Part shown: one piece after another, positions 57,958-64,000 of the stretch
Numbering within the stretch: the first letter of the stretch is position 1
Layout: each line of letters opens with the position of its first letter
Origin: Bacteroidota bacterium
GTDB taxonomy: Bacteria; Bacteroidota; Bacteroidia; NS11-12g; UBA9320
Assembly (NCBI GenBank): GCA_013359235.1
Contig: JABWCE010000016.1
Coordinates: forward strand, 733-64,732
Length of the DNA: 64,000 nt
Direction: 5' to 3'
The notes under the pieces: model-generated
Seen by the model: only the letters and a program-made list of their open reading frames with translations
Databases searched by the model: none
Told to the model about the DNA's origin: nothing
Translations under genes and position numbers: made by a program

Positions 57958-58446
57958 TTAAGAATAATGTTTTTTCAAAAATTTGAGATATTCAATATTG
58001 CGGTATTCCGCAATGTAATTAGCAATATATAAAATACTGCATTCAATAATCATTCCTACACATAAACCTTTCCAAAAACCATCTGAACTTACAAAATAAA
58101 ATATCAAAGATAAAATCATAAGAGTAGTTTCGGCATATCTGAAATACTTAAATACTCCCGATTTTTTTTTCACTCTCGGAACCTCTATATTTTTTATGCT
58201 CTTTTTGCTTGATTTGAGGAATGACATTACTTTTTTCTCAATGTTTTTAGTTTTAAAAAACTTATTTACACCTTGAAAAAGTTGAAAAAAAGCTAATGCT
58301 ATCAAAGCCCAGCCAATGCCATTATAAAAAGGTGTGTTTACAATAATCCAAAAATAAAAGCTAAAAAAAATACCACAAACAGCAAATATCACAAATGCTA
58401 TGCTCTCGTTTCTTTCTGATATAAAATACTCATGTATTTTTGTCAT
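57958..58446 (-). CDS. Hypothetical 4-TM membrane protein
   Basis: Only the hydrophobicity pattern is informative. Confidence 0.35.
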   Translation of the reverse strand: MTKIHEYFISERNESIAFVIFAVCGIFFSFYFWIIVNTPFYNGIGWALIALAFFQLFQGVNKFFKTKNIEKKVMSFLKSSKKSIKNIEVPRVKKKSGVFKYFRYAETTLMILSLIFYFVSSDGFWKGLCVGMIIECSILYIANYIAEYRNIEYLKFLKKHYS

Positions 58447-58474
58447 TCAAATAAGCATGATAAAAATTCATAAA

Positions 58475-59911
58475 TCAAAAGGTATTAATTTTTATCCGTT
58501 TGCCAATTTCTTCAACATCATTTTTAAATTTTTTATCGGTATCCATCAGGTCGTTTACAGTTTGGCAAGCATGTATTACTGTAGAGTGGTCTCTCCCGCC
58601 AAAGTATGTACCAATGCTTTTTAACGAAGCTTTTGTCAAATTTTTGGCATAAAACATTGAGATTTGTCTTGCTTGTACAATTTCTCTTTTTCTTGTTTTA
58701 GATTTAAGTTGGTCAACGGTAAGTCCGTAAAATTCGGTAACAAGTTTTTGTATATAATCAATAGAAACCTCGCGTGATGAATGTTTTACAAAGTTTTTCA
58801 TCATTTTTTTGGCAAGTTCTATATCAATTTCTTTTCTGTTTAACGATGATTGTGCAAGCAAACTAATCAAAGCTCCTTCAAGTTCTCTAACATTTGTATC
58901 AATATTATGGGCAATGTATTCAACAACTTCTTTTGGCAATTTTATACCATCTTGATACATTTTGCTTTCAAGAATAACCATTCTGGTTTCAAAATCGGGT
59001 GTTTGCAAATCGGCAGAAAGCCCCCATTTGAACCTTGACAGCAATCTTTCGTCAAGGTCTTTCAAATCTTTAGGTGGGCGGTCGCTTGTAAGTATTAGTT
59101 GTTTGCCTGATTGATGAAGATGATTAAATATCTGGAAAAATATTTCTTGTGTTTTTTCTTTTTTAGCAAAAAACTGAACATCGTCAACTATCAATACATC
59201 TATTAACTGATAAAAACTTACAAAATCATTGTGATTTCCATTTTTACAGGCATCATAATATTGATTTATAAATTTTTCGGAAGATACATACAGCACTGTT
59301 TTTTTATCGTACAAAGCTTTTATATGATTTCCAATAGCATGAACAAGATGTGTTTTTCCCAATCCTACCCCACCAAAAACCATAAGAGGATTAAATGAAG
59401 TTCCTCCAGGTTTGCTAGCCACTGCAAAACCTGCACTTCGGGCAAGTCTGTTGCAATCGCCTTCAATGTAATTTTCGAAAGTATATGACGGGTTGAGTTG
59501 TGAATCAATATTCATTTTTCTTAACCCGGGTATTATAAATGGATTTCGTATGTTGTTGTTAAGGTTTAGTGGTAAGCCTACTTCATTTTTATTACTTTTC
59601 TGAATGCTTTTTGTAGGTATGTTTATAGTATAAGGGTTTCCACTCGATGATTGGCTGTTATCAACTATTATATTATACTCTAATTTCGAACCTGGTCCAA
59701 GTTCTTTTTCCAAAGATTTTTTCAAAAGATTTACGTAGTGTTCTTCTATCCATTCATAAAAGAACTGGCTTGGTACTTGTATTGTGAGTACCTTGTTTTC
59801 TAGTTTTAGGGGTTTGATTGGTTCAAACCAAGTTTTAAAACTCTGTGGTAGGATATTATCCTTAATAATTTTTAAGCAATTGTTCCAAATTTCGATGTGG
59901 TTGTCTGACAT
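58475..59911 (-). CDS. dnaA: Chromosomal replication initiator protein DnaA
   Basis: Walker A GGVGLGKTHL, the IDDVQF box, and a C-terminal DNA-binding signature GGRDHSTVIHA. Confidence 0.97.
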   Translation of the reverse strand: MSDNHIEIWNNCLKIIKDNILPQSFKTWFEPIKPLKLENKVLTIQVPSQFFYEWIEEHYVNLLKKSLEKELGPGSKLEYNIIVDNSQSSSGNPYTINIPTKSIQKSNKNEVGLPLNLNNNIRNPFIIPGLRKMNIDSQLNPSYTFENYIEGDCNRLARSAGFAVASKPGGTSFNPLMVFGGVGLGKTHLVHAIGNHIKALYDKKTVLYVSSEKFINQYYDACKNGNHNDFVSFYQLIDVLIVDDVQFFAKKEKTQEIFFQIFNHLHQSGKQLILTSDRPPKDLKDLDERLLSRFKWGLSADLQTPDFETRMVILESKMYQDGIKLPKEVVEYIAHNIDTNVRELEGALISLLAQSSLNRKEIDIELAKKMMKNFVKHSSREVSIDYIQKLVTEFYGLTVDQLKSKTRKREIVQARQISMFYAKNLTKASLKSIGTYFGGRDHSTVIHACQTVNDLMDTDKKFKNDVEEIGKRIKINTF

Positions 59912-60258
59912 TAGTTTTAAAATTTTTTAAATTTCCTAAATCTCAAAGGTTTAGCTTATTTTAACTGCCCTCTTCAATCTGTCGGTAAAGATTGAATAAA
60001 TTTTTATATAAAAAAATTTATTTTCACTTGCTTTTTAACAAATTTTTAACATAGCAAAAAGAGGATTTTTTGTTGCTTTTAAAAATTATAGCCTCATTAC
60101 ATTCTCCCATTTTTTATTTTTTATTTCAGGCAAATGTATTAGAGTTTCTCTTAAAAAAAATAGTCTAATCAATTTTTTTTAAATTTTTTTTTTATTAAAG
60201 TAACTTTCGCTTGTAAATACTTAGAAAGAAATGATTTAATGAATAATTTATAATATAT

Positions 60259-60804
60259 CTACATTACCAATGAAATTTCTTTTTTAAGAAACTCTATCCC
60301 ACTGCGGGTTGGGTGTGACTTATGGTTCATTAATTCATTTATAATTGCTTTTCCAAGGTCAGTTCCTTTTGCGTTGTCGGGTAAATCTTTGTACGAAATA
60401 TCAACTATTTGAAGAACTTGTTCTCTTATTAATTTAATCAACTCCCATGCCTGGCTTGAAATATATACCTGCTGCGAAATATTGTGATTAAATTCTTCAG
60501 TAACCTGAAAGTTTATCAATTGTTTTAATTCAGCGGCTGTTTGTTTTGGTTTAGATAGCGAAATAACAAGATTTTCGGGAGCTATTCTCTCAAGTAAAAT
60601 AGTAAGTCGTTCATAAGCCTGAAGCTTAATTGGCGTAATCACTCCGGCATTTTTTTCTTTTATTTCGAGTAGCTTTTTTTTATAATCTTCTTCAAGAAAT
60701 TGTCGCATCATTATATATGTAGCCGAAAAAACTATGATTGCCGGTATTATAAATTTTAAAATATCTACTATTAATGAAAAGGTTGTGGTTTCTAATATCA
60801 TCAT
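60259..60804 (-). CDS. Conserved hypothetical membrane-anchored protein
   Basis: The start is placed at MMILETTTFSLIVDILKFIIPAIIVF (TM anchor). The remainder is helical and no family was recognised. Confidence 0.4.
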   Translation of the reverse strand: MMILETTTFSLIVDILKFIIPAIIVFSATYIMMRQFLEEDYKKKLLEIKEKNAGVITPIKLQAYERLTILLERIAPENLVISLSKPKQTAAELKQLINFQVTEEFNHNISQQVYISSQAWELIKLIREQVLQIVDISYKDLPDNAKGTDLGKAIINELMNHKSHPTRSGIEFLKKEISLVM

Positions 60805-60971
60805 TTCAAGGCAAAAATAATTATTTTTATAAACTTTGAAAAACTCTGAATTATTGTATTTGAACCTTATTTTAAATTTATCGAACTTTAAACTCATTAA
60901 GTCAATTTTTTTATATACATCTTTAATTTAATAGGTTTTAAAGCTTTGATTTGTATTATCTATTATAGATT

Positions 60972-62201
60972 TTGACTATTTTAAACGATATAAAAATTGC
61001 AATTGAAGCTGTAAAAAGCAATATAGGAAGGGCTATTTTAACATGCCTGATTATTGCAGTTGGTATAATGGCACTTGTAGGAATGCTTACTGCCATTGAT
61101 GGGATGAAGGCTTCTATTACAAAAAACTTCAGTTTGCTTGGCACTAATACTTTTACTATAATTAATGGAAGTGCTTTTGTTGATTTTGATGATGAATATG
61201 AAAACATTGACTATAAACCTATAAGTATTAAAGAAGCTTTGTGTTTTAAAGAAAATTTCAAATTTCCGGGTTTGGTTTCAGTTTATATGACGTATTCGTG
61301 GACAGCAATTGTAAAATACGGTACAGTAAAAAGTAATCCAAATGTACAATTGACAGGTGCTGACGAAAATTTTCTTGAAATTAATGGTCAGGAAATAGAA
61401 ATGGGACGATTTATATCGGCATCTGATGTTTCAAATGAACTTCAAGTGGCTGTAATTGGAAAAGAATTAAAAGAAATTCTATTTAAAAAAAAATCGGCAT
61501 TAAATAAAAATATAATTGTTGGCGGTAAAAAATATTTAGTAATTGGAGTATTGAAATCAAAAGGACAAGCTTTCGATTTTGGCTCAAACCGTATAGTTAT
61601 TATGCCATATACCAACGGCAAAAAGAGTTTTTATAATCCGGGAAGCAGTTATAATATAGGGGTAAAAGTTTTTGATTATAAAATGCTTGACCCTGCACTG
61701 AATTATTCAAAAGCTGTATTCAGAAATATCAGAAATCTTAAACCCAAGATGAGTAATAATTTTGATTTTGAAACAAGTGACGGAATTTCAAACCGATTAA
61801 TTTCAAGCCTCACTTTTGTAAGTATTGCTGCTTATGTTATTGCATTTATCACATTATTTGGGGCTTCGATAGGGTTGATGAATATTATGCTCGTTTCTGT
61901 AAAAGAACGAACTCGTGAAATAGGAACACGCAAAGCTATCGGGGCAAAAAATGTTCAGATATTACGCCAATTTCTTACCGAAGCTGTAATTATTTGCCAA
62001 ATTGGAGGTTTAGGAGGTATTGTACTCGGTATTGCTGTTGGTAACATTGTATCATCACTCATTGATGGACCGATGATTTTGCCATGGACATGGATATTGC
62101 TTGCAATTGTATTGTGTACTTTAGTTGGACTGGTTTCGGGTATAATGCCTGCAAGACATGCAGCCCGTCTTGACCCGATAGATTCGCTTAGATATGAATA
62201 A
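60972..62201 (+). CDS. MacB/FtsX-family ABC transporter permease
   Basis: MacB periplasmic domain layout and a C-terminal FtsX domain (RTREIGTRKAIGA). TTG start. Confidence 0.8.
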   Translation: MTILNDIKIAIEAVKSNIGRAILTCLIIAVGIMALVGMLTAIDGMKASITKNFSLLGTNTFTIINGSAFVDFDDEYENIDYKPISIKEALCFKENFKFPGLVSVYMTYSWTAIVKYGTVKSNPNVQLTGADENFLEINGQEIEMGRFISASDVSNELQVAVIGKELKEILFKKKSALNKNIIVGGKKYLVIGVLKSKGQAFDFGSNRIVIMPYTNGKKSFYNPGSSYNIGVKVFDYKMLDPALNYSKAVFRNIRNLKPKMSNNFDFETSDGISNRLISSLTFVSIAAYVIAFITLFGASIGLMNIMLVSVKERTREIGTRKAIGAKNVQILRQFLTEAVIICQIGGLGGIVLGIAVGNIVSSLIDGPMILPWTWILLAIVLCTLVGLVSGIMPARHAARLDPIDSLRYE

Positions 62202-62232
62202 AAAAAACCGCCTATTGAGGCGGTTTTTTTTT
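62201..62232. terminator. Bidirectional rho-independent terminator
   Basis: AAAAAAACCGCCT-attg-AGGCGGTTTTTTTTT, between convergent permease and rplI genes. Confidence 0.85.
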
Positions 62233-62253
62233 AATTTTATAAGTTTAAAATTA

Positions 62254-62694
62254 CTATTCTTGTACTACATTTAAACTGATTGTAACAGAAACTTCGCGAT
62301 GTAAATTAAGTGTAGCTTTGTATTGGCCAAGAAACTTAATATCATCACTCACTATTTTTCTTCTATCTATTTCAAAACCTTTTTCTTTTAAAGCCTGTGC
62401 AATTTGAATTGTAGTAATGCTTCCAAAAATTTTGCCATTTGAACCTGCTTTGGTAGGTATTTCTAATGTTAAACCTTCAAGTTTTGAAGCATTTTCTATT
62501 GCTAAGTTCTTTATTTTTTCTTGCTTAAAATTAGCTTGTTTCAAATTTTCGGCTAAAACTTTTAATGCAGACTCAGTTGCAAGTGCTGCTTTGCCCGTTG
62601 GAATAAGGTAATTTCTGCCATAACCGTTTTTTACTGTTACTACCTCATCTTTTTGCCCAAGGTTTTTTACATCTTCTTTTAATATAATTTTCAT
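62254..62694 (-). CDS. rplI: 50S ribosomal protein L9
   Basis: MKIILKEDVKNLGQKDEVVTVKNGYGRNYLIP. Confidence 0.95.
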   Translation of the reverse strand: MKIILKEDVKNLGQKDEVVTVKNGYGRNYLIPTGKAALATESALKVLAENLKQANFKQEKIKNLAIENASKLEGLTLEIPTKAGSNGKIFGSITTIQIAQALKEKGFEIDRRKIVSDDIKFLGQYKATLNLHREVSVTISLNVVQE

Positions 62695-62707
62695 TACTGC
62701 TATCCTC

Positions 62708-62989
62708 CTATTTTAATTGGTCTCCTACAAATGGAAGCAATGCCAAATGTCTTGCTCTTTTTACTGCTTCGGCTACTTTTCTTTGATATTTTAATGATGT
62801 TCCGGTAATGCGGCGTGGCAAAATTTTACCTTGTTCATTAATAAATTTCATTAAAAAATCGGGATTTTTATAATCTATATATTTTATTCCGCTTTTTTTA
62901 AACCTGCAATATTTCTTTTGAAACTGCTGTGGCGAATTGCTAAAAACAAAACTATCGTCAGATTTGCCTACTTTTACTTTTTTTGTCAT
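62708..62989 (-). CDS. rpsR: 30S ribosomal protein S18
   Basis: [34 protein letters not shown]...[12 protein letters not shown]. Confidence 0.95.
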   Translation of the reverse strand: MTKKVKVGKSDDSFVFSNSPQQFQKKYCRFKKSGIKYIDYKNPDFLMKFINEQGKILPRRITGTSLKYQRKVAEAVKRARHLALLPFVGDQLK

Positions 62990-63354
62990 TTTGCTACCTC
63001 CTTTACTTCTGCTTTTTTATTAAATGCTCCTTTTCTACGGCGTTCGTTATACACTACGGCATGTTTATCAAGTGCAATAGTCATATATCTTAAAATTTGC
63101 TCATCTCTGCGATATGCAAGTTCTAATTTTTCAACTATTGTTACAGGTGCTTCAAACTCAAAGATGTGATAAAAACCTGTACTTTTTTTGGCAATGGGAT
63201 ACGCAAGTTTGGTCAATCCCCAATTTTCTTCATGGATAATTTTTCCATCGTGCTCTGTAATCAATTGCCTGAATGATGATACAGCTTCCTGCATCTGCTT
63301 TTCAGACAACACGGGTGTAAGTATGATTACAGATTCATAATTTTTTAACTTCAT
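62986..63354 (-). CDS. rpsF: 30S ribosomal protein S6
   Basis: YESVIILTP...WG...LAYPI.K...G.Y, in an operon with rpsR and rplI. Confidence 0.9.
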   Translation of the reverse strand: MKLKNYESVIILTPVLSEKQMQEAVSSFRQLITEHDGKIIHEENWGLTKLAYPIAKKSTGFYHIFEFEAPVTIVEKLELAYRRDEQILRYMTIALDKHAVVYNERRRKGAFNKKAEVKEVAK

Positions 63355-63496
63355 ATTTTTTGAATCTTTTTAAATTTAAGGGCTGCAAAAGTAAAATTTT
63401 CATTCATATTTTCAAATCTCTATTTTTATTTTTTTAAAAAAAATCAATTTTTATCTTATAACTGCTATCTTCATTTGATATTATTACCTTTGCAAC

Positions 63497-64000
63497 ATGG
63501 CTAATAAAAACAAAGTCATTCTTATAATACTCGATGGATGGGGCATAGGAAAGCACGATAAATCTGATGCAGTTTTTAATGCTAAAACGCCTTTCGTTGA
63601 TAGTCTATTCAAAAATGTACCAAACTCGCAATTGCTTACACACGGGCTAAATGTAGGATTGCCCGATGGGCAAATGGGCAACAGCGAAGTAGGGCACCTT
63701 AATATAGGTGCAGGTCGTATAGTTTATCAAATGCTCACCAGAATAGATAAGGCTTTTGCCGAAAACGAAGTTGAAAACTCAAAGGTTTTAAATGAAATTA
63801 TAAACTCTGCTAAAACCAGTAATAGTAAAATACATCTTATAGGCTTAGTGTCTGACGGAGGTGTTCATTCTTCAATAAATCATCTTATTTCACTGTGTAA
63901 AATCATTAAAAATAATAACCTCGAAAATCAAACTTTTATTCATGCTTTTACTGATGGCAGAGATACCGACCCTCAAAACGGAGTAAATTACTTTGATTTG
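63497..64000 (+). CDS. gpmI: 2,3-bisphosphoglycerate-independent phosphoglycerate mutase, 5' partial
   Basis: My translation from the ATG at 63497: MANKNKVILIILDGWGIGKHDKSDAV...GQMGNSEVGHLNIGAGRIVYQ. It is open to the window end and absent from the ORF track because it has no stop. Confidence 0.9.
   Translation, partial: MANKNKVILIILDGWGIGKHDKSDAVFNAKTPFVDSLFKNVPNSQLLTHGLNVGLPDGQMGNSEVGHLNIGAGRIVYQMLTRIDKAFAENEVENSKVLNEIINSAKTSNSKIHLIGLVSDGGVHSSINHLISLCKIIKNNNLENQTFIHAFTDGRDTDPQNGVNYFDL

Noticed and set aside
59912-60258. The 347-bp AT-rich intergenic region upstream of dnaA as oriC. Most genes from about 15 kb to 59.9 kb are on the minus strand, which would fit an origin near here.
   Set aside because: Reading both strands, I found no 9-mer within 2 mismatches of the DnaA-box consensus TTATCCACA. 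In Bacteroidota, oriC is not reliably next to dnaA. A GC-skew computation and a genome-wide DnaA-box search would be needed.
60956-61207. An 83-aa minus-strand ORF overlapping the start of the MacB-like permease.
   Set aside because: It is fully nested in or overlapping a well-supported plus-strand gene. It is a hydrophobic mirror-frame artefact.
63485-63492. TACCTTTG matching the Bacteroidota -7 promoter consensus just before gpmI.
   Set aside because: It ends only 4 nt before the ATG, which would require a leaderless transcript. It is plausibly a chance match in AT-rich DNA, so it is not reported as a feature.
63484-63681. A 65-aa minus-strand ORF in the ORF track.
   Set aside because: The plus strand here encodes the unmistakable iPGM N-terminus (LDGWG...GQMGNSEVGHLNIGAGR).

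Overview
Low-GC (about 30%) Bacteroidota chromosome segment, Flavobacteriia-like, and about 90% coding. Most of it is housekeeping. It holds dnaA, two ribosomal operons (rpsP-rimM-trmD and rpsF-rpsR-rplI), recF, pyk, pth, rbfA, ribH, rpe, pdhA, lplA, tsaD, crcB, hemW, recX, dcd and rsmD. It also holds a complete porP/sprF-gldK-gldL-gldM-gldN type IX secretion/gliding core, tamB, and a Wzx/Wzy/Wzz polysaccharide locus. No rRNA, tRNA, CRISPR array or transposase was recognised.

The most unusual region is 42.4-47.0 kb. A 1.43-kb two-gene cassette sits there, bracketed by 103-bp direct repeats, with no integrase or transposase. It encodes a beta-class SPPY DNA methyltransferase translationally coupled to a Cys-rich Endonuclease-VII-type HNH nuclease. 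Next to it are three apparent gene lesions. A T9SS cargo gene has an in-frame TAA. A lipoprotein signal peptide lies out of frame across an A6 tract. The nth gene seems to lack the fourth Fe-S cysteine.

A second accessory islet (2.1-4.3 kb) is a very AT-rich three-gene operon: a Cys-rich T9SS cargo, a CarboxypepD_reg-like protein and a CxxC thioredoxin-fold protein. Two genes clearly have coding sequence upstream of any ATG/GTG/TTG, with ATA at the expected start position.

All functional calls come from reading motifs in the translated ORFs. No database search or GC computation was possible.
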